Origin: an uncultured delta proteobacterium
GTDB taxonomy: Bacteria > Desulfobacterota > Binatia > UBA9968
Assembly (NCBI GenBank): GCA_963816145.1
Contig: CAWFJP010000005.1
Span: forward strand, 64,001 to 128,000
Length of the DNA: 64,000 nucleotides
Direction: 5' to 3'
The translations under genes and the position numbers were made by a program. Under the pieces are notes generated by a model. That model saw only the letters and a program-made list of their open reading frames with translations, searched no databases and was not told the DNA's origin. Shown here one piece after another: positions 47,237-57,009 of this stretch (its first letter is position 1; each line of letters begins with the position of its first letter).

Positions 47237-48198
47237 GCTATATCGAGATTCTTGACGGCAAGGGCAGTGTCGTCGAGCGCATCGCGGTCGATAGTTTCCC
47301 AGTGACTATCGGCCGCGCTTATAGCAATCAGGTGATTGTCTCGGATCCGTTTGTCTGCCCGCTTCATCTGAAGATTGCGCAACACGAACAAGGCAGATTG
47401 CTTGCCAGCGATTTGGACAGCGTTAACGGTAGCTATCCCGCTGCCGGTAAGGAGTCGGTGACTCAGTGGGAGCTCCAGTCCGGCAGCCAGTTTCGTATCG
47501 GACATACGGTTTTGCGTTACGTCAGCGTCGATCATCCGCCGGCGCCGACGCTGGTCGATCGCGCGGTGAAAATGTCGCTGTTGGCGTCGCCCTACGCCGC
47601 GGTGATTTCGGCGGTCGTCTTGGTGCTGCTGCTCTGTTTGGATGGCTATCTATCCAGCTTCGAGCGCGTAACCGTGGCGCAAATCATTAGCGAGCCTTGG
47701 GTTACGGTGTCGATGCTGGCGACCTGGGCGGGCATGTGGGCGCTGGCCAGCCGGCTGGTCGTCAGCCGTTTCAATTTTGCTCAGCATGTGACGATCGCCT
47801 GTATCGCTCTGTTGACGATCAGCGGTCTCGGTGTCGTCGCCGAGTGGACGGAGTTTTTCCTGCCGCGCATTCCCATGCTCTGGATCGCCGGTGTGTTCGG
47901 GTATGGCTTGGTGTTGGCAGGGCTGGTGTACGGCCATCTCGGTGCCGCCTCGGCGTTGCGGCGCCGTTCCCGCCTCTGGGCCGCCGCCGCGGTTAGTTTG
48001 GTTGTCGTCAGTAGCAGTGCGATCAGCGACTTCGCGGCGCGCAGCAAGTTCTCGACGATCATGGAATACAGCGGCGTAATCAAACCGATCGACGCCGCCT
48101 GGGTGCCGGCAACCTCGGTCGATGAGTTTTTCGGCAGTTCGGAGAAATTAAAAAGTGAGTTGGATAAGCTAACCAAAAAGGCCAAAGCGTCGCACTGA
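47224..48198 (+). CDS. FHA-domain membrane protein
   Basis: TIGRAY.N..V.DP.V...H...DLDSVNG FHA pattern, then about 5 TM helices; GTG start overlaps the protease 3' end. Confidence 0.8.
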   Translation: MAALGYIEILDGKGSVVERIAVDSFPVTIGRAYSNQVIVSDPFVCPLHLKIAQHEQGRLLASDLDSVNGSYPAAGKESVTQWELQSGSQFRIGHTVLRYVSVDHPPAPTLVDRAVKMSLLASPYAAVISAVVLVLLLCLDGYLSSFERVTVAQIISEPWVTVSMLATWAGMWALASRLVVSRFNFAQHVTIACIALLTISGLGVVAEWTEFFLPRIPMLWIAGVFGYGLVLAGLVYGHLGAASALRRRSRLWAAAAVSLVVVSSSAISDFAARSKFSTIMEYSGVIKPIDAAWVPATSVDEFFGSSEKLKSELDKLTKKAKASH

Positions 48199-48451
48199 GA
48201 TCAAGACCGGGAAAGGGTTCAGTTTGATTTCGGCGGCAATTCGCTGAATGGGGGAGATTTCTCGCTACGCTCGAAATGACAGCGACAGGCTCACCGTCAT
48301 CCGGAACGGACAGAGGATCTTGGCAATCCGAGCCGTCCAGTCCGGGCCGCGCGAAGATTTGACATAAGCGAAACCATCTGGCTAGGTTAATTTCGTTCAA
48401 GGTTCAAAGGTTCAAAAGTTCAACGTTCGGATCCTGAAAAGGAAGCAAGCT

Positions 48452-49459
48452 ATGATTTTTGACGTTGAGATCAATTCCGCGGCGCACTATCCGGCCGCCG
48501 ACGTACCGGGGCTCATCGAGTCGGCCGAGCAAGCGGGCTTTGGCGCTTTTTGGAAAGGCGAATCGAATAGCACGGATCCGTTTGTCATGCTTTCGGCGGT
48601 GGCGAGCCGGACCAAGAAAATCAAATTGGGCACGGCGATCTATCACATTTACGGCCGCAGCCCGGTGACGCTCGGGATCCAATCGGCGACCTTGCAAGAT
48701 TTGTCCGGCGGCCGTTTGCTGCTCGGTCTCGGCGTCGCCAACAAGGCGATCGCCGGCTGGCATGGCGGCGTTTTCGATCGGCCGCTCAAACGGGCGCGTG
48801 AATATATCGAGGTCACGCGCAAAGTCGCTGCCGGCGAGCGCGTCGAATACGAGGGGGAAATCTATAACACCGGCAAGCGCTTTCAACTTTCCTGGAAACC
48901 GAGCTTTCCAAACTTGCCTGTTTATTTAGCCGGCTTGGGGCCGCAGATGACCAAGCTGGTCGGCAAGATCGCCGACGGTGTGGTGATCAATATGGCGACA
49001 CCGGCCAAGGTGCGCGAGATCGCCGCGCGGGTGCGCGAAGGCGCAGTCGAAGCCGGCCGCGACCCAAACAAGATCGAAATCATCGCCAAGTCGCGGGTCT
49101 CGCTCAATCCCGACAAGAATGCCGCGCGCGCCAAGCTGCGCCAGGTGTTGACCTTCTACAATATCGCCGACCACTACAGCGACATGCTGCGCGGCATGGG
49201 CTTCGACAAAGAGGTGAGCGCGATCCACGAGGCGTTTCAAAAGGGCGGTTTCAAAGCCGCCATGGGCGCGCTCACCGACGAGTACATGGACAAGCTGCCG
49301 GTGGTACCTGCGAGCGATGTGCGCGAGATCAAAGAAAAGATGAAAGCCTTTGAAGAAGCCGGCGTCACCCGCATGGTGATTCCCTATGTGCCGGTGACCG
49401 AACCGGTGGTGGAGGATGCGCGGCGCTTTTTCGAGGCGTGGGGGAACGCGAGCGCCTAA
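48452..49459 (+). CDS. LLM-class oxidoreductase (Mer-like, probably F420-dependent)
   Basis: AEQAGF.AFW.GE, IKLGTAI..IYGRSP, LSGGRLLLGLG, AGLGPQM..L.G.IADG. Confidence 0.88.
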   Translation: MIFDVEINSAAHYPAADVPGLIESAEQAGFGAFWKGESNSTDPFVMLSAVASRTKKIKLGTAIYHIYGRSPVTLGIQSATLQDLSGGRLLLGLGVANKAIAGWHGGVFDRPLKRAREYIEVTRKVAAGERVEYEGEIYNTGKRFQLSWKPSFPNLPVYLAGLGPQMTKLVGKIADGVVINMATPAKVREIAARVREGAVEAGRDPNKIEIIAKSRVSLNPDKNAARAKLRQVLTFYNIADHYSDMLRGMGFDKEVSAIHEAFQKGGFKAAMGALTDEYMDKLPVVPASDVREIKEKMKAFEEAGVTRMVIPYVPVTEPVVEDARRFFEAWGNASA

Positions 49460-49470
49460 GCGCTCGCGCG

Positions 49471-49565
49471 GTTCAACGTTCAAGGTTCAAAGGTTCAAGG
49501 TCGGACCGACGAACCGCTGAGCCATCCGATTCCGAACGTTGAACCTTGAACTTGGAACTTTGAAC
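49471..49565. repeat. GTTCAAG heptamer inverted repeat
   Basis: Tandem gttcaa(g/c/a) units followed by inverted ttgaac units; relatives at 7265, 48395 and 62408-62490. Confidence 0.75.
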
Positions 49566-49596
49566 TAATTTTTGTCGACAGAAGGGAGATTTTTAA

Positions 49597-50613
49597 ATGT
49601 GTGATTTTGCTGCGGACGGTAAGGCCGCTGAAGAACTGATGCTGGGACGAACGCTGACAGTATCGCGGGCCCGCGAACTCAACGCCAAGGACTACTTTTA
49701 TCAGATGCTCAAGGATAACCCGGAGATGTTGAAGATCTATCCGGGCATCGAGAACGAGCTGCTCGACGGCGCCATCGACTGCCACATCCATGCGTTTCCC
49801 GATTTTGTCCATCGATCCCAGGACATGATTCAGATCGCCATCGAGGCCTCCAAGTGCGGCATGCGCGCCATCGCCTTCAAAGACCACTGGAACATCAGCG
49901 CCACCTCGGCCTATTTGACCCAGCGCCATATCGACGACATGATCGCCCGCGGCGAGCTCACCCATCGGGTCGAAGTGTACGGCGGCGTCGGCATGTGCTT
50001 CGGCATGCGCCCGGACTATGTCCGCGTCGGTCTGCAGTATCCCAACTTCAAGATGATCTGGTTCCCGTCGTTTACCTCCTATGGTTTCTGGCGCAGCGCC
50101 GGCCACCCGGATCACGAAGGCGTGCGTCTTTGCAGCGAAGACGGCAAGGTGTTGCCGGAAGTAAAGCAGATCATGGAGATGGCCGCCGAGAAACGAGTCG
50201 GCATCGGCTTCGGCCATACCGATTTCGAGGAGCTCCTACCGCTCGCGAAAATGGCCAAGGAGATCGGCGTGCGCGCGACCCTCGACCATCCGCTGCTGGA
50301 ATTGAATAAATTGCTGCTCGACGAGATGAAGCAGCTGCGCGATCTCGGCGTCTACGTCGGCACCTATTGCCAGCCGATGATCCCGAGCTTGTACCAGCCG
50401 GTCGCCGACCCCATGGAAACCATCCGCACCATCAAAGAAATCGGCCCGGACCGCTGCATCATCGGCAGCGACTTTGGCCAGGTGCTGCACATGGACGCCA
50501 TCGACGGCATGCGGGTATTTCTCCGCGCGCTCTTGGGCTTCGGTATCAAACCGGAAGAAGTGAAGCTGATGCTGAAAGACAACCCGGCGAAATTGATGTA
50601 TCTGGATGATTAG
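49597..50613 (+). CDS. DUF6282-like metal-dependent TIM-barrel hydrolase
   Basis: GAIDCHIH..PD..RS.D, GMRAIAFKDH, GH, DHP, SDFGQ, NPAKL. Confidence 0.75.
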   Translation: MCDFAADGKAAEELMLGRTLTVSRARELNAKDYFYQMLKDNPEMLKIYPGIENELLDGAIDCHIHAFPDFVHRSQDMIQIAIEASKCGMRAIAFKDHWNISATSAYLTQRHIDDMIARGELTHRVEVYGGVGMCFGMRPDYVRVGLQYPNFKMIWFPSFTSYGFWRSAGHPDHEGVRLCSEDGKVLPEVKQIMEMAAEKRVGIGFGHTDFEELLPLAKMAKEIGVRATLDHPLLELNKLLLDEMKQLRDLGVYVGTYCQPMIPSLYQPVADPMETIRTIKEIGPDRCIIGSDFGQVLHMDAIDGMRVFLRALLGFGIKPEEVKLMLKDNPAKLMYLDD

Positions 50614-50831
50614 CAGGCAATAGGCATCAGGCAACAGGCATTAGTAGGAGCGCAGCATGCTGCGCCCGATTCAATCACAGCTACAACGATCACGTACATA
50701 ATAGGGAACGGGGCGGCATGGGCCGCCCCTTTCCTTTTTGCATTATTTACCCGCACACACCAACCCCACCTGTTTTGATCTCCCACCGTAACGCTTCTCT
50801 AATGAGAGAAGTTGAATGCACTGACAGCGCG

Positions 50832-51036
50832 GTTAATGTCCCATTCGGGGATGGTTGAAATCCCTCGCCTTCAGGCGAAGAGAAGTTTGTCATGCCGGCG
50901 CAGGCCGGCATCTATCTTCGGTTTCGTTGGAAGGCCGAAGAAAACCTGGATTCCGGCCTACGCCGGAATGACGAAAGGAAGAGTCGACTTATAGTCGACG
51001 AATTCAGAACCCCTTGCCTTGGAGCCGAGGGTCATT
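50832..51036 (+). mobile_element. ~205 bp non-autonomous dispersed element, copy 2
   Basis: gttaatgtc...gttgaaatccctcgccttcaggcgaagagaa...REP doublet...gtcgacgaattcagaacccct...gccgagg; abuts the stop codon of the SBP gene. Confidence 0.6.
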
Positions 51037-52070
51037 CAGTTCTTCTTGTAAACGCTTTGGATGTACCCGGAAGTTTCGAGCTTGCTCAGGAAGGAATTAT
51101 CGATGGTATTTTCGACGCGCACATCGCCCATTTTCGGGTTGATTTGCAGCAACAGCTTGTGCAGGCGCCGCATGCCCTCAAGGTTAGTATGCGGCACCCG
51201 CTCGTAGAAATTTATCACCGCCTGATAAGATTCCTCCGCGTCGGCGGCGCTTAAGCGCAGATTCGATGCCAGCAGGCGGGTGACCATCTCCCTGTTGGCC
51301 GGATCGACCGTAACGGCGATCGCTTCGATCATGGTTTTCAAATAGGCGTCGATCACCTGGGGCTTGGCCGCCGCGATGCGCCGCGTTGTGGTCAGCATGC
51401 TTTGGGGCAGGGTGACGCCGGTGGTTTTAAAGTTGTAAAGCACGGTGTAGCCCTTGTTGCCATAGAGGTCGCCGACCGCGCCCCTTAGACCGGTGGCATC
51501 CACCCCGTTGGTTTCCAACGCCAAGCGCCGGTTCATTTCTGTTCCAGGAATTGTTAAATAGGCGATTCTCGCTTGCGTTGCATCGACGCTGAGACCCTGA
51601 AGCGCTAGCATCGTCACCAGATGCGACGTCGAGCCGGGACCGCTGATGGCGATACGCTTGCCGCGCAAGTCTTCCTTGGTTTTAATTTCCGGTCTAGCGA
51701 TCAGCCGATAGTCGAGTTTCTGTGACAGGTTGGCGATGCCGATGGCGTCGGCACCGCCGCTCGCGGCGTTGATCACGTGGCCGGGGCCGACGATGGCGGC
51801 GTCGATTTCGCCCGCTAGCAACGCGGCAATCGCCAACGGGTTGCGCGGCATGAGGATAAACTGCATATCCAAGCCGTGCTTCTTGAACAAACCCCGTTCC
51901 CGCGCCACCCAAAGAGCCGTCATGCTTTCGCTGGTAACGCTGCCCGCTAAGTAGCTCCGCGTCTGCGCCGTCAAGCGGCTCGGCAGCAGCTGGGCGCACG
52001 TGAGAGCGAGAATGATGAAAATTCCGAACCGAATCATCCGGCCGTCGATTCTTGCCGCGCAAGTTTTCAT
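51036..52070 (-). CDS. ABC substrate-binding protein, NMT1/SsuA/TauA family
   Basis: LWVARERGLFKKHGLD, DLRGKRIAISGPGS, IDNSFL.KLE.SG; start may be 52037. Confidence 0.88.
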   Translation of the reverse strand: MKTCAARIDGRMIRFGIFIILALTCAQLLPSRLTAQTRSYLAGSVTSESMTALWVARERGLFKKHGLDMQFILMPRNPLAIAALLAGEIDAAIVGPGHVINAASGGADAIGIANLSQKLDYRLIARPEIKTKEDLRGKRIAISGPGSTSHLVTMLALQGLSVDATQARIAYLTIPGTEMNRRLALETNGVDATGLRGAVGDLYGNKGYTVLYNFKTTGVTLPQSMLTTTRRIAAAKPQVIDAYLKTMIEAIAVTVDPANREMVTRLLASNLRLSAADAEESYQAVINFYERVPHTNLEGMRRLHKLLLQINPKMGDVRVENTIDNSFLSKLETSGYIQSVYKKN

Positions 52071-52079
52071 TGTCGTTGC

Positions 52080-52472
52080 TTAGCTTGGTTTTTTCTCGCC
52101 GACCGGCTGCACATCGAGAAAGCCATGCTCCGAAATGTCAAAATAGTTGCCGTCCGGATCCGAACCGCGGGTCTCCGCATAGGGCCTGCCGTTGGGGCGC
52201 GGCTTGGGCAATTTGTTAGGGTTGATTTTTTTCATCTTCTCGACGATGGCCTCGCCGTTTTCGACTTCGAAGCCGAAATGGTAAAGCCCGTTGGGCGAAT
52301 TTTGATCTTTGTTGGGGATGATGGCCAGATTGAAATAACCATCGGAAAGGAAGATGGTGCCGCCTTCCTCTTTGCTCTTATGAATCACCTTCATATCGAA
52401 GACGTCGACATAAAACGACGCCAACTTGCCGGTGTCTTCCGTGCGAATCCCTAGGTGCCGAAGTTTCGCCAT
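52080..52472 (-). CDS. VOC family protein
   Basis: KLRHLGI, FLSDGYFNLAI, GLYHFGF, DPDGNYFDIS; GGAGG RBS. Confidence 0.88.
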   Translation of the reverse strand: MAKLRHLGIRTEDTGKLASFYVDVFDMKVIHKSKEEGGTIFLSDGYFNLAIIPNKDQNSPNGLYHFGFEVENGEAIVEKMKKINPNKLPKPRPNGRPYAETRGSDPDGNYFDISEHGFLDVQPVGEKKPS

Positions 52473-52615
52473 GATCGCCTCCTTGTGATCTGAGAACGGT
52501 TAATCTCGGTGGCCTGTGCAATTGGCTCGGACGCTACAAGATCGATCGTCGTCTTGTCAAGGCAACATGGCGGGTCGAGAACGCTACGCTCGGCGATCTT
52601 TGATTGCCCCGGGGT

Positions 52616-52819
52616 CTACTTTTTGACTGAATAGCCGCGCTTCTCGGCGTCGGCGATACATTGTTGCTGCTGATGATTAACCGATATCGCGCCGAAGAAG
52701 CCAGAGCCATTGGTTTCGCAGATGGCTTCCTCGCCGCGGCTGTTGATCATCACGGTTCGTTCAGCAGCGCAACCGGCTATCAGGCAGATAGCGCTACAAA
52801 GGATGATTCGAAGCGTCAT
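52616..52819 (-). CDS. Small lipoprotein
   Basis: Lipobox IAGC after a hydrophobic leader; two further Cys residues. Confidence 0.65.
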   Translation of the reverse strand: MTLRIILCSAICLIAGCAAERTVMINSRGEEAICETNGSGFFGAISVNHQQQQCIADAEKRGYSVKK

Positions 52820-53118
52820 GTTTTTAGTATAGCGCCGAATTGATTATCGGCAATGGCATTTTTTCCGGCAGGGATGTGAAGCGTCAATCCCGCGAGAGAC
52901 CGAGGTAATTCTACGTCTACTGGTTTGACCGGCATTGCAGAGCGACCAGGCGAGCCGACCATCTGGGGCTTAGCTTTATGGTTTTTGCGAAACTGCGGGA
53001 GGCAAACGTCTCCAACGATTAAAGGGACGTGCGTCGAATTATCATTCGGCAAGAATGTCCCTGATAAATTTCCACTCGGCGACTGTCGCGATAGAAAACC
53101 CTGGTATTCTTTCTCCGC

Positions 53119-54282
53119 TTAACGCCACAGTTGCCTGGTCGCGAGGCGCGCGCCTTCCGCCATCGCCTGAAACTTGGCCCAGACAACTTTGGGATCGACT
53201 TCCGGATTGTAGGTCGCCTGGGAGGAAAAACCGCAATCGCCGCCGGCGATGACGTTTTCCCGACCGACGATTTCGCCATAGCGCGCAATGCGCTCGGCGA
53301 TGAGCTCGGGGTGTTCGACAATATTGCTGCAGTGGGTGATCACGCCAGGTATTAAAATTTTGCCTTCGGGCAATTTGACCGTTTCCCAGACATGATATTC
53401 ATGCTCGTGGCGCGGGTTGGCGGCCTCGAAGGCGTAGGCGCCGGCGTTTACTTTCAAGATTAGATCGATAATCTCTTTCAACGGCGCATCGTGAACGCGC
53501 GGCCCTTCGTTAATGCCGTAGCAGGTGTGAAAGCGGATTTTCTCCGCCGGGATGCCGCGGATCGCATGGTTGATCGCTTCGACGGAACGTTCGGCGATCT
53601 TGCGCCGCTCGGCGGCGCTCAACGATGGGTCTTGGCTGTGGACTTCAGTTAACCACGGATCGTCGATCTGTAGGATCAAACCGGCATCGACGATCGCCAG
53701 GTATTCCTCGCGCAAAGCTTCGCCGACGGCGGCGAGATATTCTTCGTCCGAGCGATAATATTCATTGCGCCCCACACCGCTCGGCGCCACGGCAGGCATA
53801 AAAGCTTCGGCAACATCGACACCCGTGATCGCCGACTTGAGATTGTCGATATCCTGCCGAATCGCTTGCTGCCCGCGGTACGCGATCGGCCCGGTACAAA
53901 CTAACGGAGTGCGTGGAGCGATGCTGCCGCCCATCATGCGGCGGCTGAAATACTGATCGTAGTATTCCGGAAATTCGGCGACCTCCTCCGCCCACTGCTG
54001 CCAGCCGCCGACCGGTGCCGGTTTGGCTTCAAAGCCGGTCAGCCGCTCGCGCACGTAAGTGAAGAACCCAGGTTTCCCCTGCTCGCCGTCGGCGACCACG
54101 TCAATACCGCTTTCCGCCTGCTGGCGAACAATTTCATTTACCGCGCTCGAAATCCTCCTCGAGTACGCCGTTTGATCGTAAGCTTCACCGTTCAACTTGG
54201 ACTTCATCAAATCGAGCAAATCCTTCGGCCGCGCCAGGCTGCCGCAGTGGGTGGTGAGGATGCGATCGCTACTATGCTTCAT
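53119..54282 (-). CDS. Cobalamin-independent methionine synthase II family (single-barrel, XecA-like)
   Basis: ILTTHCGSL.RP, DGE, LQIDDP, HTCYG, E, GDCGF Zn ligands. Confidence 0.9.
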   Translation of the reverse strand: MKHSSDRILTTHCGSLARPKDLLDLMKSKLNGEAYDQTAYSRRISSAVNEIVRQQAESGIDVVADGEQGKPGFFTYVRERLTGFEAKPAPVGGWQQWAEEVAEFPEYYDQYFSRRMMGGSIAPRTPLVCTGPIAYRGQQAIRQDIDNLKSAITGVDVAEAFMPAVAPSGVGRNEYYRSDEEYLAAVGEALREEYLAIVDAGLILQIDDPWLTEVHSQDPSLSAAERRKIAERSVEAINHAIRGIPAEKIRFHTCYGINEGPRVHDAPLKEIIDLILKVNAGAYAFEAANPRHEHEYHVWETVKLPEGKILIPGVITHCSNIVEHPELIAERIARYGEIVGRENVIAGGDCGFSSQATYNPEVDPKVVWAKFQAMAEGARLATRQLWR

Positions 54283-54357
54283 ATAAAAGTCTCTATCCGG
54301 GTTTTAACTAAGCATGAGTCCGGTAATGGATGCTCGCTTCACATTAGTCTAAGTGAG

Positions 54358-55293
54358 TTAGGGTTCCCTTTCGTAGACTCCGTCTATCTCCATCGCCATC
54401 GCCTTTAACTCTTCAATGTGGCGTTCAATGAAGAACACGAAGATATAGGCGTCCTTCTCGTTGATCGAGCTGTGCATAGTGTTGGTGAAGTAATTTGAGA
54501 GTTTCATGAGCGGGTATTCAATGAGCTTCAGCAAATACAAAATCGAATCATATGCGTCGAGCGTACCACGTTCGCTAAGTCGTGCCTTGAATGCATCAAC
54601 AGTGTTTGCCACAAAACGTAGATCGACCGCTGCAAGCTCAATGGGACCGCTTCCGTGAATCGCCTCGACAATCTTCTGAAAATAGTATCCGAGCGTTGAA
54701 GGAAAAACGTCCTGGAGTCGTTGGTCTCGATACTTAGCTCTATGTTCCGCTTCTTCTTTCTTCAATTTTTCAACAACCTCCGTCAAGACGTTTTGTAGTA
54801 TTGATCTCTGGCTAGCGATGAGAGATGGAATGCTCACTTTACGAAACATGGGTGAACTTGTTTCTGGATAGCTTGTTACGAGGTCGAAACTCACTGTCGT
54901 GAGGCTTGGCCTCGATATAAAATTGTACGCTCTTCCTTTTCCCCTACCTCGTTTTGTCGGATGACCGGCGCTGTCGTTCCGGATCTCGCGAATGTTCTTC
55001 AATAGCGGGTCGGGAGCATGGGCGAGACGAAGAGCCTGACAGAGGTTTTCAACCGCATCTTGCTGGATGAACAAAGCTTGCAACACGCCGTAAACGACAA
55101 GATAGCACTCACCTTCTGACCTCGAAGTGCTCGACATGTTGTATGCGTCAATAGCTAATTCTGTGTCTCCAATGGTGTCCAGACAGCAACACAATAGGTT
55201 CCATGCCGCATGATCTTGCAGGAGAGCATGCTGTACCCTCCGGTCGTTAATAAACCCTCTGATCTGCTGCTCTACTTCAGCTAGACTTGGCAT
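54358..55293 (-). CDS. Hypothetical protein with HEPN-like RxxxxxH motif
   Basis: 311-aa helical ORF, AT-richer than its neighbours; IREIRNDSAGHPT. Confidence 0.7.
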   Translation of the reverse strand: MPSLAEVEQQIRGFINDRRVQHALLQDHAAWNLLCCCLDTIGDTELAIDAYNMSSTSRSEGECYLVVYGVLQALFIQQDAVENLCQALRLAHAPDPLLKNIREIRNDSAGHPTKRGRGKGRAYNFISRPSLTTVSFDLVTSYPETSSPMFRKVSIPSLIASQRSILQNVLTEVVEKLKKEEAEHRAKYRDQRLQDVFPSTLGYYFQKIVEAIHGSGPIELAAVDLRFVANTVDAFKARLSERGTLDAYDSILYLLKLIEYPLMKLSNYFTNTMHSSINEKDAYIFVFFIERHIEELKAMAMEIDGVYEREP

Positions 55294-55309
55294 AATTCAC
55301 GCTTGGCAG

Positions 55310-56275
55310 TTAATCATTCGATGAGGGGGCGATAAAGAGTTCTTCCAGCGCCATCTTCCGGCCGATCAAACCCTGCTCGTGGGAGTACTGCATCAACGTC
55401 TCTACGTTTTTTCGGTTGGCGGCACCGAGACCGTAGATCCAAGGATCGCTGCCGAAGATTTCTTCCTGTTCTTCGACAAAAGAACGGAACCAGGCGAGAG
55501 GGACGATTCGCGGGTTTTCCATGCGTTTGTACGAGAGCTGTTTCGACTTTTCGAAGGCCGCCATCAGGCTCGCCGGCACCCAGGGATGCTTGTCGACGAT
55601 ATCTTGTTTGATCGCCGTGGTGTGCATGATCGGGAAGATGCCGGTGCGTTTGAAGTAGTCGATTTCCAAATTGCGATAATTGGGAAACAACCGGCGCACG
55701 CGCGGATCTTTGTTGGCCACCGGCGAGATCACTTCGGGGTCGATGACGGCGTCGAGTTCGCCGGCGAGCAGCATATCGACGATATTCTTGCCTGACGGTA
55801 TTTTTTGAATGCTCAGGCCGGGCGGGGCTTGCCAGGGGATTTTTTCCTCGACTTCCTTGAACCAGTGGATCTGTTTATGGGTGAGGTTGAATTCATGCTC
55901 GAGGATGCCGCGCATCCACAGGTTGGCGGTGGCGTGGAAACTCCCGACGCCGACTTTCTTGCCGATGAGATCCGTGGCTTGGCCGATTCCCTTGGTGGTG
56001 TTGACGAAGACAAAGCCGTGGCGGAAGCGGCGATGGAGAAACACCGGGATGGCGATGAACGGCAGGCCGTTGTCTTTGGCGACCATGTAATTCGACATCG
56101 AAAGTTCGGCGACGTCGAAGTGTCGGTCGCGCAGCATGCGCGCGTGACGCACCTCTGCTGTCATATCGGTCAGGATCGTCAGCTCGATGCCGTCAGGTTG
56201 GACGGTTCCTTCTTTCAACGCGCGAATGCTTTCGTAATCGCCGGCGGCGAGGGTCAGTTGCAGTTTGGGGTTCAT
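55310..56275 (-). CDS. 4,5-dihydroxyphthalate decarboxylase-like protein (SBP fold)
   Basis: LTLAAGDY, FDVAELS.S.Y, PVFLHRRFRH, TGIFPIMH, DPW.YGL..NR. Confidence 0.82.
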   Translation of the reverse strand: MNPKLQLTLAAGDYESIRALKEGTVQPDGIELTILTDMTAEVRHARMLRDRHFDVAELSMSNYMVAKDNGLPFIAIPVFLHRRFRHGFVFVNTTKGIGQATDLIGKKVGVGSFHATANLWMRGILEHEFNLTHKQIHWFKEVEEKIPWQAPPGLSIQKIPSGKNIVDMLLAGELDAVIDPEVISPVANKDPRVRRLFPNYRNLEIDYFKRTGIFPIMHTTAIKQDIVDKHPWVPASLMAAFEKSKQLSYKRMENPRIVPLAWFRSFVEEQEEIFGSDPWIYGLGAANRKNVETLMQYSHEQGLIGRKMALEELFIAPSSND

Positions 56276-56572
56276 GGGGCTGGGTCTAGCATGCTTTATT
56301 GATCAGGCCAATCGATGAAGCAGCGCGGGCTCAATATAGAGTACCGAAAAATGCAGATATTCGAAGAGTCTTTCGCGATCCGGCATGGCGAATTTCATTC
56401 GAATACGCACCGTTGCCGAGCACGCCAACACCACCGGCCCAGGGCGTATGCCATACGCCCCTACATTCGGATTTTATCTTGAGAGCTTCTTTGTGTTCTA
56501 TGATCTCTTTGCGGTGAATACTTTCAATCTGGATCGAGTCGGCTGCAATGACCCTCGCTGCCGAGAAATAAG

Positions 56573-56977
56573 TCACTCCTCCGGGTAAATCATAAACTCC
56601 AAAAGATTGGAGTCGGGGTCGCGAAAGTAAAAGCTCGTGCCGTTGGCGCGACCGTTGTTGCGGCCGCCCTGGCGTTCGACTGGGCCCGCGATGATTTTAG
56701 CGCCGGCCTTGTCGAGGGTTGCCTTCAGCGATTCGATCGAGCCTTCCCAGACAAAGCAGAAGTCGCCGCAGCCGGGAACGGCGGTCGGGCCGCGCAGAGT
56801 AAATTGCGGACTGTGCCATTTGTCGGGGCTGTGAAAATTGATTTTGTTGTCGCCGAAAAAGACCGAGTAAGCTTGTCCTCTGTCCTGAACGCCAAACCCC
56901 AACGCTTGGTAGAAAGACAGCATCGCTTGGGTGTTCTGGATCGGGATCGCAACATGGTCGAAGCTTTTGATGGCCAT
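56573..56977 (-). CDS. VOC family protein
   Basis: FDHVAI, KINFH, PGCGDFCF, GPV.R.GG, SFYFRDPDSNLLEF; GAGGAG RBS. Confidence 0.88.
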   Translation of the reverse strand: MAIKSFDHVAIPIQNTQAMLSFYQALGFGVQDRGQAYSVFFGDNKINFHSPDKWHSPQFTLRGPTAVPGCGDFCFVWEGSIESLKATLDKAGAKIIAGPVERQGGRNNGRANGTSFYFRDPDSNLLEFMIYPEE

Positions 56978-57009
56978 AACTCCTCCCCAAATTTCCGGCA
57001 ATTCTATCT

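Noticed and set aside
53119-54282. metE assignment or an upstream cobalamin/SAM riboswitch
   Set aside because: It is a single-barrel paralog of uncertain substrate, and the 75-bp upstream gap shows no recognisable riboswitch.
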